Shown here in pieces: positions 38,511 through 52,036 of a stretch of DNA of 64,000 bases (positions are counted from its first letter, which is position 1; every line of letters starts with the position of its first letter). The notes below the pieces were generated by a model. It was not told where the DNA came from. It did not search any database and saw nothing but the letters and a program-made list of their open reading frames with translations. Where the stretch lies: contig OZ024747.1 in assembly GCA_964016885.1 (NCBI GenBank), positions 45,756,001 through 45,820,000 of the forward strand, read 5' to 3'. A program made the position numbers and the translations under genes. Origin of the DNA: Eledone cirrhosa (lineage: Eukaryota).

Positions 38511-41045
38511 GTTTAACGTCTATCTTCCACGCTAGCATGGGTTTAGACGGGAATTGTCCCACTTGAGGCAAGATTGGTCGTCTCGCTCGTTTAGGACTGT
38601 CTGGCAGGTTTTCTACAGCTGGATGCCCTTCCTACCACCAACCACGTTTACAGTGTGGACTGGGAGTTTTTTACCGTATTATCTACACGGACACATTATA
38701 GCGTGGACTGTGTGTGTGTTTTTGTCGTGACACCTACACGACCTTATTTGTTTTGGACTCGATGTTGTGGTACCAACATAACTTTACAGAGAAAGGGTGG
38801 TGTTGATGGCGGTAGGGGGGAGTAGGGGTAGTGGGATGGGGGTGTATATTTGGTTAAGAGGTGCCTACTGACTGTAGGTTTCGCTTTGTACATAAGCAAG
38901 GAGGGTCTTCTGTAATACTGCGTAGCGCCAAAGATCTCGGTCCAGTAACATTGTCTTAGAGAGGTGTAAGTGTGTAAGGTCGGAATTTATCAAATCGTCT
39001 CAGGTTTTTCTGGGTCTGCCTACTACGTAACTTCCATCAATTTTGATCACCCTGCACTTTTTTATACAGCTGTCGTCTTTCATGCGCATCATGTGACCAT
39101 ACCAACGTAGTCTTCTCTCGAGTAAACAGCATCTGATCCCTCTTATTCCTAATTTCTCACTTAGTTCATTTATGCTTTGCCATTCACGTATATTACTATT
39201 ACACATCCAACGGAGCATGCATGCTTCATTCCTCTCCAGTCTGCACAGATCCTCTGCACACAATGCCCAGGTCTCACTGCCATGTAACATTGTTGTTCGT
39301 ATGCAGGCATCATACAGTCTGCCTTTCATTTTTAGAGAGAAACCTTTTGTGGCCAATAGTGGTATAAGCTCTCTGAACTTTTTCCATCCCGTTCTGACTC
39401 TGGCTACTGTACTTTCAGAGCACCCTCCACCACTGCTGATTTTGTCACCCAGGTAACGGAGGGTGTCCACTATTTCTAGAGAACCATCTGGACAATAGAA
39501 GGAGCTAGTATCCTGTGGGCACTTGCTACTTATTACACCTGAGCACCGGCCACATATAAAATCTACGTTCTTAGATAGTTTACCTGTGATCCCATTACAT
39601 CTTTTATGCACCCATACTTTGCATTTGGGACATAAAATGGAATTTCTGCCTACTCCTTTCCTACACACTGAGCATGGCCATTTCCCAGAGGGCACCTGTG
39701 CCCTATTTTTCTTTCTACACACTAGAACTTTAGTCTTAGACAAGTTAACGTTAATGCCATTTGATTCTAGGCCATGCTGCCATGTTTGGAATTTCTTCTC
39801 TAGTTCAGCCATAGATTCAGCTATAAGCGTTAGATCATATGCATAGAGAAGTTCCCATGGGCAGCCGGTCTTGAACTCCTCTGTTATAGCCTGAAGGGCA
39901 ATAATAAATAGGAGTGGGCTAAGGACAGAGCTCTGATGAACACCATCTTTTACGCTAAATTCTTCACTATATTCGTTGTTAATTCTAACCTTGCTGACTG
40001 TTTTTTTATACATGGCTTGTATAACTCTCACAAGCCATTCATCAACACCTAGTTTTCTAAGCCCCCCCCCCCATATAATGACGTGGGGAACTCTGTCAAA
40101 GCTTTCTCCAAGTCAACAAAATTTAAGTATAGGGGTTTACTTTTAGCTATGTATTTCTCCTGTAGTTGTCGTACAATGAAAAGGGCGTCTGTGGTACTTT
40201 TACCTGACACAAAACCAAGCTGCATTTCATCTAGATCAATTCGCTCTCTGATTAGTTGCGCTATAACTTTTTCTGTGACCTTCATGACCTCGTCAATTAA
40301 TTTAATGTCTCTATAGTTTCCCCTATCTAGGGCATCTCCTTTACTCTTGTAGCAGTTAATGATGATGCTGTTACGCCAGTCATTTGGTATGACCCCGTTC
40401 TGTATGACTTGGTTTACTATCCGGGTGACCATAGTATGTCCCACCGTCCCAGATGCTTTCAGCATTTCAGCAACTATCTCCGAAGGCCCAGCTGCGTTGC
40501 CTGTCTTCATATCTTTGATTGCCTTACTTATTATACTACCTTCAACTTCCACTGTTGGTCCCTCTATTGGATCGATTTGGGGCAGACTATCTTTTTCCCA
40601 TTTATTCTCCTCATTTAGTAGCCTCTCATAGTGACACTTCCAAGCTACCTTCTTATCAGCCTGAGTGATGGCAAGTACACCATCATCATTACGGACACAC
40701 TTCTCCCCGACAATATCACGGTTTTCCTTGACAGATTGCCTAGCAATCCTGAACACCTCACATTTTTGGCCCTCGCGTTGTAGAACATGCTTGAACTTTC
40801 TTTCCTCTGCTTCGCTTCTTGCAAAGTACACTTGTCTCCTAGCTTCCCTCCTGGCCACTTGATAGTGTTCTCTACTCCCCCCCCCCATCCTGCCTTACTT
40901 TCCGAGCTTGCTTTTTGGCCTTGATTGACTCCTCCACCTTACTGTTCCACCACCACGTTACTCTCCTCCTGCCTATAGGTCTGCTTCAGCCACAGATTTT
41001 ATCTGTCACCTTCAGCAGGTTAACTTTTAGGAATTCCCAATGGTG
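38511..41045 (-). mobile_element. 5'-truncated RTE-clade LINE (~2.5 kb) with RT and an internal PHD finger, 3' UTR and (GAT)n tail
   Basis: ORF pieces 40049-40888 and 39000-40031 give GNYRDIKL, FVDLEKA, GVHQSSVLSPLLF, LLYAYDL (mutated YADD), a C4HC3 PHD, YLG, HGSETW, RLRWYGH and GRPRKT. Frameshift near 40060-40100; premature stop at 39000. Confidence 0.93.
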
Positions 41046-43680
41046 AAAAGAAGAATTTCAACCAAGATGCAACGTGGCTAAGAGAAATCCTACACTACAA
41101 CAAAAACATACAAAATGAGTGAAGGTACCCTTGAGACTGTGATAAGAAAACTCCAAGATCAGAAAACACCAGGAAGAGACATGATTGTCGGCTACTGGTC
41201 CAAAAAACTAATATTCTATCGGAGGTATCTTACTGACCTCTACCAACAATTTCTTAAGGGAGATAAACTTATACCAGAATGGTTGACATTAGCACAAACG
41301 TTACTGGTCCCCAAGAACAAAGACACCCACTTGGCAAAAAACTACCGACCCATTGCATGCCAGAACCTGATGTATAAGATGTATACAGCCTGCCTGAACC
41401 TATTCCTCCAAGATCACTGTGAAAATAATAACATCATCACAGATGAACATGTAGCTGGAAAGAAAAGTGTTTGGGGATGTGCTGAACAACTCCTAATCAA
41501 CAAAACTGTGATGTCGGAGGTGCGACAACTTAGGAGGAATATGACTGCAGTCTGGCTGGACTACAGGAAAGCTTTCGATTCTGTTCCCCACTCTTGGATG
41601 ATAGAAGCCCTCCAACTTGCTAAAGTCCCAGACATTATTGTCAGAGCCATAGAGAGGCTGTCTTCTTGGGCTACTATCCTAAGGTTAAAGACAGAGAGGG
41701 AGGACTCTATTTTCACTGATAAAATAAAATATTGCAAGGGTATATTTCAGGGGGACAGTCTCTATGTGATATTGTTCATCTTATCATTAAACCCCTTGTC
41801 CTTTCTGCTCAAGAAATGTGAGGGATACATCATTGGTTCACAGGAGGACAGAAATACGAACCTAACCCATAATTTCTTTGTGGACGATCTGAAACTCTAT
41901 GCCAAGAACATGGATGGGATGAAGAAAAATCTTGACCTGGTTACAACGTTCTCAAAGGATATAGGAATGGAGTTTGGCCAAGATAAATGCTCATACATGA
42001 CTGTAAAGCAGGGAAAAACAACAACCCAATCTAGCAACATTGTCATTAATGGCCTAACTGTTTCACCGATATCTGATGAGGACTGCTACAGATGCCTGGG
42101 GATAGAACATATCCTATAATGGTATCTGTAATAAAGAACGCGTAACCAGGGAATACTACACCAGATTAAGAAAGATCTGGTCATTGGAACTCTCTGCGCA
42201 AAACAAAACAGTGGCTCACAATGTGTTTGCTGTGCCTGTCCTAACACCAACGTTTGGAATACTCAATTGGACGATAGACGAAATCCGAGCAGTTGATGTT
42301 GGAACTCGAAAAATACTGAAGAAAACCGGAAACTTCCACATCAACAGTGACATAGACCGCCTTTACTTGAAATGTAAGCAGGGAGGCAGAGGCCTAACAT
42401 CAGTCCAGACAACATTTGAATGTCGCATCATATCTCTCCGACAACATATACGAACCTCGAAGCGTAGGAGCCCGCTTCTCGAGCAAGTCTCTCTGCATGA
42501 AACAGATAAGATCATGATAGTTGGGAAGGAACTCCTTAAGAGATATTCCCTGTGTGATAATCAAAGACTCACATCCAGGGATGTCGCTCAGGAGTATCGC
42601 AGTGAATCTATGGATGAAAAACTGCATGCCTATCAGCAAAAAATCATGCATGGATATGTTGCCAGAGTGAGAGTAATATAGATAAGGAAAGTAGTCTATC
42701 TCGGACCAACAACCGCTATATTAGCTCCCACTTTGAAGGATACGCTTTTGCAATCCAAGAACAGGAGATTAGCACGAAATACCTGATTCACAAAAGAGAT
42801 AGGGATGCAGGCAAAACACCTAGATGTGATAACAAGTGCAGACTCTGCAGAACTAACATCGAGGATATCACCCATGTCATCAGCAGCTGTCCAAAAATGT
42901 CATAGCGGTACTATTTACCTATGAGGCATGATGTAGTGGCCAAAACACTGTACAATGCAGTTCGTAAAAAAGATAGCCCCGATAATAAACACATTAAAAG
43001 CTACAACAATGTACATAATATGAAAGAGTACTGGTGGAATGTTCCAGTAAAAACCCCAATAAAATGCAGGCATAACAGACCAGATATTATGATATGGGAC
43101 AGGGAGAAGAAAGCATGCACAGTAGTGGAAATTAGCTGCCCAGCAGATTATATTGCCCAGCCAATATAATATCAAAGATTAGCGAAAAGCAGAATATTTA
43201 TGCAGAACTGATGAGAAATCTGCAGATACTCCACTCTGATTACACCTTCAGATTTATGCCTGTGATTATTGGGGCACTGGGATATGTTAGTAACTGCCTC
43301 AATACAAATCTTGAGAAGCTAGGCTTCACAGGAACAGAAAGAACACAACTAGTTAGGAAATTACAAGTACAATCCATTAATGGAACAGTAAAAATATGTA
43401 AAACATTCCAAAAATTTTGCATCTAATAACTGCATATACTCATGTACAGATACAAAGCATATACACATGCACACATACAACTCAAAAAATACACATACAC
43501 ACATACAATAACATCCATATCTACACATGCATGCATACATACATATCTACCTAGTTGATGTGTAAATTCCAATGAGAGAGTCTTGTGTCTATGTTAGAAA
43601 CCGACTCTCTCTCTATTGGTAAAACTTTGTGAAATTATAAAACGAGAAGAACATACATACATACATACATACATACATAC
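41041..43680 (+). mobile_element. 5'-truncated R4/Dong-like RLE non-LTR retrotransposon
   Basis: RT motifs NYRPIAC, DYRKAFDSVPH, GIFQGDSL and FVDDLKLY; GGRGL; CCHC knuckle CRLC..EDITHVISSC; RLE motifs RHD, RPDIMIWD and VEISCP. Stop at 43426, 3' UTR hairpin, (CATA)n end. Several stops and frameshifts. Confidence 0.92.
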
Positions 43681-43704
43681 TTATATACATATATATATAT
43701 ATAT

Positions 43705-43970
43705 GTGAAAAAATGGGGAGAAGAATACTGCAGGTTGCACATGGATAACATGTTATAAAATGAGTCCCTCATCAGTGATTTGCCAACGATCATAGATATT
43801 TCATTGCATTAAAAATCATATACCTCACGTTGGTGCAATAATAACTAAATTAAGTTATTAGGACAATTAAAACGCGTAAAGCGAGTGAGACAAGTAAACA
43901 ACAAAGAGGAAAGCTAACCGTAGATAGGAAGGGCACAAGCTACATAGTTATTCTGTCAGCATAAGCTGGG

Positions 43971-43975
<5 letters not shown>
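43705..43975 (-). mobile_element. (TA)n-flanked insert, possible PLE terminal-repeat remnant
   Basis: Flanked by (TA)n on both sides. The minus strand has CTGATGAGGGAC but no downstream GAAA. Confidence 0.35.
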
Positions 43976-44012
<37 letters not shown>

Positions 44013-45070
44013 GTATGTATGTATGTATATACATTTACTTCATGCACTTGTAACTTGATTTCTATATTTCATGAGTTTAAGCAACTTCCATGTTTATGTG
44101 CATACCTGTATAGTTCTCCATATATATAGATGTAGAATTTCAGGCAGGTGGTTTAATAGATTAATTAATTGGAATTCATGTTTGCTACTGAATTTCAGTA
44201 AAACTCTAATTTTTCATGACTCCTCTTAATGTTTACAGAAGTAACTAATTATATCTCACCATAATTTAGGAATTATCTAAGAATAGTTGTATCATAGAAA
44301 TTTGATGAATGATCAATGTGAAAATAATGACAAAAGCTAATGCAGGCTGTTGTGCCAATTAGAGTATTATTCAGGCTTTTAGAGATGTGTGATGTTAAAT
44401 ATTGCTATGCCTTTGGCTGTGTATAAGAATGGTCAGTATGAATGTACTAAAGAAAAAGATAAGGAATAAAAAAACTGAGGAAAATATAAAACGTTCAAAG
44501 ATATCAATTTAAATGTATTAATATTATACAAATAGAAGAATGTATTGGGTGAATTCAGTTTCCAAATAGGCACTTTCCATGACAGAACTAATTTAGAAAA
44601 TAGTAAATGCAGACCATGTTAAAAGGAATTTAAAAGGCATTGCAACAAACTCTAAAGACTAAATAAAATATTCTTTGGAATACAAAATTAAAAATAACTA
44701 TTTGAAAACAAGTTTCTAAAATTATTAAATATTTTGAAATTTAAAAAAAAAATTAAATGTTTTTCATTTAACTCAGAAGGAATAAAATGTTATGCAGGAA
44801 TGTATTGAGATACAATTTATTAAGGTTAACATTTACTATAAATAAAGTAACAGTCAAATGGCTGGTTTAAGTCTTTGCTCTTTTTATTCTGACAACAGAA
44901 GTGTCAAACTTTATTAACCTTTGTCTTTTTCTCAAACTATATCAGTGGCATGCTGAGGCTAGGCATACTTCATATAGGTTACTATAGGTTACTTCTAACT
45001 TATTATAAACAAAAGTAAACTTGCTAAGGTCTACAACCTGAGGAGGACCATACAAGCTGCAGATATACGG

Positions 45071-45414
45071 TCATCATTTTATGTCCGCTTTTCGCTGCTT
45101 GCAAGGGTGGGAAGGGAACTGATTCTGGCTTGATTTCTACAGCTGGATGCCCTTCCTTACACCAACCTCATTTACAGTGAGTGCTGGGTGCTTTTTTTTC
45201 GTGGCACCTACACGTCCACTTTAAAGTGTGGGCTGGGTGCTTTTTTTTTTATTGCTGTAGCACCTCCACGACCACTTTGCAGTGGAATGAGTAAACTGGA
45301 GCAATGTGAAATAAAGTGTCTTGCTCAAGGAAACAACACATCACCCGGTCCGAGAATTAAACTCACAACCTTTCGATTGCAAGGCCAATGCTCTGACCAC
45401 TAAGCCATGTGCCT
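45071..45414 (-). mobile_element. SINE family B, full length
   Basis: tRNA head, central domain and RTE-type tail as at 13427. Confidence 0.88.
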
Positions 45415-45689
45415 CAACAAAATGTAATATATAATCTAGTATAGCATAATATTTACTTCACTATAATATTTGCTATACTAAAACCTGAGAATTAAACATA
45501 ATAATATTTCAATAGATATTATGTTTTTCTCATTGTTAAATTAGACATCATGCCATGCACCATATTTGAATGCAAACATATTCGTTTAGAATCAGTTAAA
45601 ACTTCTGTTCAAAGGATTTCAGAATTTGCAAATAAACTGCTCCAAATTGATTATTTTTTAATCCCTTCATGCCAAACACCTTCTTCTGG

Positions 45690-46130
45690 AGTTCTGTTTG
45701 CTCCCAATAGAGATTAAGCAATGAGTGAGGCTAGGCCTTCCAGGCTAGACCTTCCAGGCTAGACCTTCCAGGTCTTCCTCTACAGTCCTCAACCAGTCAT
45801 TGATGGGTCTGCCTTGTCTCCTATGTACCCCTGTTTGGCTTTTATTCAAAGGAAGCCCTTACTGGTCTCTTTATGAACATGCACAGCACATGGCTAAGCA
45901 TTTTCTGTCATCATATGGTGATAATATTCTATAGATTACTCAGCTGGGTGCATTCCATGACCTTTTCATTTGTGATGTGGTCACTCAAAGAAATCCTAAG
46001 TATGGTCCTAAGTCAACATCAATGGAACACATCTGTAGTTCTGTAGATTCTACAGGTCCTTTTCCATGTCTTGCAAGCATAAGTTACTTTTAGCATAATG
46101 GTTGATATATGGCTTGGCTAATATAGGCTT
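45690..46130 (-). mobile_element. Decayed RTE-like LINE 3' fragment containing a 14-bp tandem (GGCTAGACCTTCCA x3)
   Basis: Minus-strand HITNEKV and GRPINDW-like segments; tandem at 45729-45772. Confidence 0.55.
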
Positions 46131-46501
46131 CAGGCACTGAAACAAATACTTTTTTAGCTGAGTGTGATAGTTAAGATCCTTGTGTTATCATTAACATGGA
46201 GATCTCTATGTGGTTGTTCAACAATCTAGAAATAGAAGTTAAATATTTTGCAAATTATTCTTCTACACGTTAAAAGCTCACAGCTCTGGCTCTGTGGAGA
46301 TGAGATTAAAATGTCTAAGTAAAGAATCACATGACATATAATGGCAAGAAACCCAGAGACAGATCACAAGCAAGCTAGTTGAATAACATCCATAAGGTTT
46401 ATTGATCTCACTTGGGGATCCATCCTGATCATTTGCTGATGGCTGCTTCCAATAGGACCCTCTGGAAGGTGTGCCAAATGATTTTGTTGCTATAAACCTT
46501 T

Positions 46502-46610
46502 GAAGAAGAAGAAGAAGAAGAAGAAGAAGAAGAAGAAGAAGAAGAAGAAGAAGAAGAAGAAGAAGAAGAAGAAGAAGAAGAAGAAGAAGAAGAAGAAGAA
46601 GAAGAAGAAG

Positions 46611-46640
<30 letters not shown>
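46502..46640. repeat. Pure (GAA)n, about 46 units
   Basis: Seen directly. Confidence 0.97.
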
Positions 46641-46641
<1 letters not shown>

Positions 46642-49556
46642 GTTTAAATACAGTTTTGAGATAATTTTGTCTAAGTTTGATAATAACAGGGGGACAAAAC
46701 AGGAGCTACAACAATGTAGAAATAGCAGTGAAAATCTCCCTTAAATATCACCTATTCCTTACAAAATGTAAAATCCACATTTTAATAATTTTGTCCAGAT
46801 GAACTACAACTGAAGAAAAATAAAAGGATTGTCATTGCTGGAACTCTTTTGATTATGTTTTCTCAATCAAAGCCTACTGGCTTCAAGAATCAGTGCTCAA
46901 ATTGTTCAACTAACTTACTTATTAAATTAACATGTAATTGTTGTTTATTTGACAAACACATGTACATTAACATAATTCTCAGGGAGATTCAACTTGACAT
47001 AGTGTGTGAGACATGCCTGGCCCTTTGAATTAGAGATACAATTCATCTAGTTACCCTCCAAATAGTTTCCACCTACTTAATTTTGGTCACAAGACTTGGG
47101 TTGACTCAGTGAGAGCCCCCAAAACCACATGAATAAGAAGTGAACTTCTTAACCATATGGTCATGCTGTGCCCAACAACGACATTGACAACAGAAGGAAT
47201 TGATTTTGGTATGCAAATATATTTATTCAAAGTATCTATGTATGAAATCTTTATACGGTGACCTAAAGGACGACAGAAGTGATCTATTTTCGTTTGTAAG
47301 CATAATTAGTTAAAGTATTTTTTATATAGAATCTTTATAACATGACCTAAAGGATATGTGTGAGTTGTATAGACCAAGCCTGCAGATATTCTAACCCTCC
47401 AGTGTTAAACTGACAGTTTTTCAATTCCCAAGTTTCAGTTTGAAACCCACATGCTTTCACTTTAAAATCTAATCTACATAAACATATAGAAAGAAACATT
47501 GATTGATTGCATCAGAAAACCTGGTTTACCTCCTGTCTTGAAAAGTTGTTACTTACTTTATATCACAGTTTGTCAACAAGAGTTTTGTTGATTACAGGTT
47601 TCCAATGTACCTACCACTGGTTCATTGCATTTCTGACAGCAAGCCTGACAATATACTCTTACTGTTTTGTTATTTGTTTGTTTTCGTTTTGCTTGCTGAT
47701 ATTTATACACCTTGCCAAAAAGCATTAATAAAAGATTTATATACATACACACAAACGCATACACAACAAGCATTCACGCAGTTTCAATCTACCAAATTCC
47801 ACACATGATATTGGCTATGGGATCAAATTCAGAACCATGAGCTTTCAAAGTGAACTTCTTAATTACATAGCTATACTTGTACCCCAATAATTCTTAACTA
47901 CATTGCTATATGTATACCCAAATAATTGTTATTCAGAATAAAAAAGTGGAAGTGAAACAAAGCACCAAGGCAGAGTCTTGAATTTTGTCATTAGAAATGA
48001 AATTTATGGTTCCATTCCAAGTAAACAATATGTATACAACCCACTAAAATATCAAAAGTATGTGTAAGATGTGGACTATGGAAAAGCTGGAGAAGGTCTT
48101 TATTAGCAATGACGATACAATTCAAGAAGGTTTATAGCTTCACTAAGTTCAGTTGGCATGAGGATTGAGAAAATCTAATATTTTACTCTTTAAATTGTCA
48201 GAATTTGTTCTTGAAAAACCAAACTATTTCTCCATTCCTGATGGCATTTATACATGTATAACTACTTTATATGTGTCACCACATATTAGTTCTGATTCCA
48301 TAGACTAATGGTGTTCTAGGCATGATTAACTCATTTGTTTGAATATCTAATACTACATTACCCATTGTATTAATATAATTTAAGATGGTGTAGTGTGATG
48401 TATAGGAAATTTAGCTATTCCTAGCAGGTTCAGTAATTGCATAGGTTTATTGTTGCCTTATAGAAATACACTTTGTTTATTATGAATTATTAAGTTGTAT
48501 TTGCATGAGTATGATCTGCAAATGCAAATATTGTTTTTTCATTAAAAAATGTCCTTATCTTTACAAAATGTTTTATTTGTGAAAAAAACAAACTAAATCG
48601 AGACATTCACAAATGTCAAAATCTGTTAAAGACATTAAATTAAAAACATTACAAAAACAAGTGAAATATTTCACATCAAACTAATGTAAATTTATAACAA
48701 TGAAAACCTAACCTAGCAACAGACAGCATAATAGTAATAAAGTTAAATACATTTTTGTGTTTGTTTCTTTTTTTTTTTTTGGAAAAAGAAAACAAAATTA
48801 TTAATATATTCTACTTTTCATTTAGTATTTAATAAATTCAATTATTGAAAATCAAATTCAATATTCTTTGGTGTAGACAGTATTAATTTTTTAGACAAAA
48901 AAATTGATATTGTCTGAAAAAAAATTGATATTTTTGTTATATTATTATATAATTTCATCTGTTTGGTCCTAAATACATATAATTAAGTATTTGCATATAC
49001 AATTTAATAATAAAAAAAATGCACACTTACAACTGACATATTCATTTTCAATTACTAAGTACTTTTTCAAGATATTCATTATTTTCTCTGTTTTCATAAT
49101 AGGAAATGTTAGTCATAAGTCATAAAAAAATTTCAAATTTCCTTATATGGTCAAGGCAATGTAAAACTATTGGATCTTTTGTTTATTGGAGAAATATATT
49201 GATTTCTTTCATTAAGATATGAAATCTCCAATATGTTTGTGGGGACGAACAGGATATTGTGATACTTATGATTTTCCCAGTCATAGGAGCAATCATCTCC
49301 AACAAATACTACTCTAATATCTTTAAACAAAAAAGGACACATTGGAGAAAAGTAAAACGACAGCAGGATCATGGCTAGAATGCCTTTGAATAGAGGCTTG
49401 CTTGAATAGTGTAAATTTGGGGCTAGACAACAAAATTAGAAACTGAATCTGTATTGTGATCTCAGTTGGCTTACCTCATGTTCTATGCTGCTCATTGAGG
49501 AAGGAGGAGAAACATCTTTATATCAAGTAGTCACCTTCAAATTGTATTCTATAGGG

Positions 49557-50032
49557 CAGAGGTGGAAACCTTTTGGGGTGTGCAGACCACATTGTTATGC
49601 AGTGTCTCGTTGGTGAGCCACATAGCTATGTAGTGTCTCGCCGGCAGGCTACATAGCTATGCAGTGTCTCGTCAACAGGCCATGATATCAAATTATAATA
49701 AATTTGCTTGACCTCGGACTGCTCTGTCCAGTAGGTTACCTTAATTCTGTGATTTAAAGAAGAACAAAGTACTACAAAAAATTATAAGCAGAAATGATAA
49801 ATTGTTTAATAAGATACTTGTTTTTGCCTGCTTGTTACTATCATGCAAACAATTACATTCAGCTAAGTGAATCTTGTTGCTAGATGTGTTCTCTAGTCAG
49901 TATTCTAATCCCAAATAATTCAGAACACTTTTTCAGGGATCGCTTGGACTAAGATTGAAACCTGTTGATGGGCCAGACAAAAATCCTTCCTGGGCCAGAT
50001 GTGGCATACGGACCGGGGGTTGCTAACCCTTG
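49557..50032. mobile_element. hAT-Charlie-type MITE with an internal ~31-bp tandem (x3)
   Basis: Ends CAGAGGTGGAAACC and GGTTGCTAACCCTTG, subterminal GGGCCAGATGTGGC. 8-bp TSD CTATAGGG / CTATAGAG. Tandem at 49594-49683. Confidence 0.85.
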
Positions 50033-50389
50033 CTATAGAGAGACAATTATACTGACATTTTGTATGTAGAAACTGGAATATCAATAACTTCTAAAAAATA
50101 AAAAAGAAGAATATTTAGTTTGAAGATGGCAGGTAGTACACATAGAACCTGATATCTTTTCTCCACTGCCTGGTGGAACTAATGAAGTGAGTGTTCACTT
50201 CAAATATGTTCTTGTCTGTATAGAGAATATAGGCAAAAAAGTGGGCATTATGAAAGGCTGCAAGTCTGAGGTGGAAGATTTATAAAAGTCACTATTATAT
50301 GTTTTGAGTGGGGTGAGGTATATTATACTGTAGATAATAACCTGAAGAGAGAAAAGATATATCTAGTTAGTTCAGAGGAGTAGAGCCTT

Positions 50390-50482
50390 TTGTTGTTGTA
50401 GTAGTAGTAGTAGTAGTAGTAGTTGTAGTGGTGGTGGTGGTAGTGGTGGTGGTAGTGGTAGTAGTAGTATTTGTAGTAGTAG
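50390..50482. repeat. (GTA)n/(GTG)n triplet microsatellite
   Basis: Seen directly. Confidence 0.9.
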
Positions 50483-50977
50483 CTTAAGAAGTTATAGTGG
50501 ACACAGTATGTTTAAAATTTGTAACATCTAATTAATCAGTGATAACCGCAAATGACATAAAAAGCAATTATTTCCTTTGTTATTTTATCGAATTACGTTT
50601 ATTATTACTTTTCCACCATAAGTGGGATAGTTTTGGTTGGGGAAATGTTTTTTTAAGCTGGGCAAGCATTAGCTGAAGGTGCCAGTAACTTAACCAGTCA
50701 TCAAAGGCTCACCATATTGTGGGCCCCATATAACTTGTTTGTAATTTCCAAAATACAAAGTTAAAAGTAATGTAAAAATAATAAATTAAATAAACACTTT
50801 ATTCCTTCATTTAAATTGTAATAAGTATTTTTTCTGATATTTGTAGCTTTCCTTCCTTTTCTTTAACTTATTCCTAAGGTGGTCATGAGGGCAGAATAAT
50901 CAGACACACTGTCTATGTGATCCTGTTGGATTCCGAAGTGTGAACAATCAAGGTTATGGATTTTATATTTCTTCTTT

Positions 50978-51033
50978 CATCATCATCATCATCATCATCG
51001 TTTAACATCTATCTTCCATGCTAGCATGGGTTT
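50978..51033 (-). mobile_element. Very short RTE 3' stub with (GAT)n tail
   Basis: Same terminal sequence and break point as the stub at 10201. Confidence 0.8.
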
Positions 51034-51540
51034 ATATATTTATATGAGGGGACAAAATTCAGTTTTCTCAGGGCACCAGCAATCATAGGTGCCCTGCTTT
51101 CTTCTCTCAACTCAGTTGTATACTAAGGAGTAGAATATTTTATAAATCAGCTTTGTGTATCATTGATATTTTGAGCTATCTTCATCACCTGGAAAACAGA
51201 ACATTTTTTAAATGTCTATCTTAGTACTATATTTAGTATATACAGAAAATAATAATCTAAGTATGACCATAAAAATTATTTTGAAAATAACATCATTTTG
51301 ATGAAGCATTTTCCTCAAAACATCGTAGCGCTTATCTCTCTTATTCAAATTTGCGAATTTTATTAAAGGCTAACACTAATTTCCTCAAAATCTGTTTTAT
51401 CAATTACTTTGTTATGTCAGTCAGGCATATAGGAACAAAACTTATGTGCCTTCTTTTCAATAACAGTATTTGCAAAGTTTGAAATCGTAATCATATGATC
51501 AGTGCTCTAGCACCTTAACCTCTTTGCCTGTATTTTTTAA

Positions 51541-51754
51541 CTCCTTTGATAGCAAACTGCCTGAAACTGTCCTTGGTTCTATGCTATAAAACTATTTGCT
51601 TTGAAGTGTTTATATTCACCTAAATTCTTTCTATTATCATTTTATGGAAGAACACCAGTTTAATAATGAGAAAGTTTTATTAAATTTCCCCAAATTTTGG
51701 ATTATTTGAACATGATAGGCAATATCATACTTGAGAAATATTATAATGAAAGAG
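51541..51754. mobile_element. TTAA-flanked (piggyBac-type) MITE, family 2
   Basis: TTAA-CTCCTTTGAT ... ATGAAAGAG-TTAA; related copy at 32970. Confidence 0.55.
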
Positions 51755-51758
51755 TTAA

Positions 51759-52036
51759 CCCTTTAGCATTTAAACTGGCTCTATTCAGCCAGAATTCTCT
51801 TACCTCTTTCTGTCCAAACTGGCCATAACCAGCTGCTCATACTGATGTTAAGGTATTGTTTGCAAAATAAATATCAAAATCTCATAGATTCGATATGATG
51901 GAAGATAATTATGTGAGGTAAAGCCTTTACCATGAAAATACAATAGTAAATATAGAGTAATGTAAATGTTATGTGAGGTAAAGCCTTTACCAAGAAAATA
52001 CAATAGTAAATATAGAGTAATCTAAATGCTACAGGG
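51759..52036 (+). mobile_element. piggyBac-type MITE, family 1, with an internal 60-bp tandem duplication
   Basis: TTAA-CCCTTTAGCATTTA ... TAAATGCTACAGGG-TTAA. Confidence 0.88.

Noticed and set aside
49594-49683. Regularly spaced repeats (also 55015-55125 and 47245-47355) as CRISPR-like arrays
   Set aside because: Only 2-3 degenerate tandem units without unique spacers, in a eukaryotic context with no cas genes.
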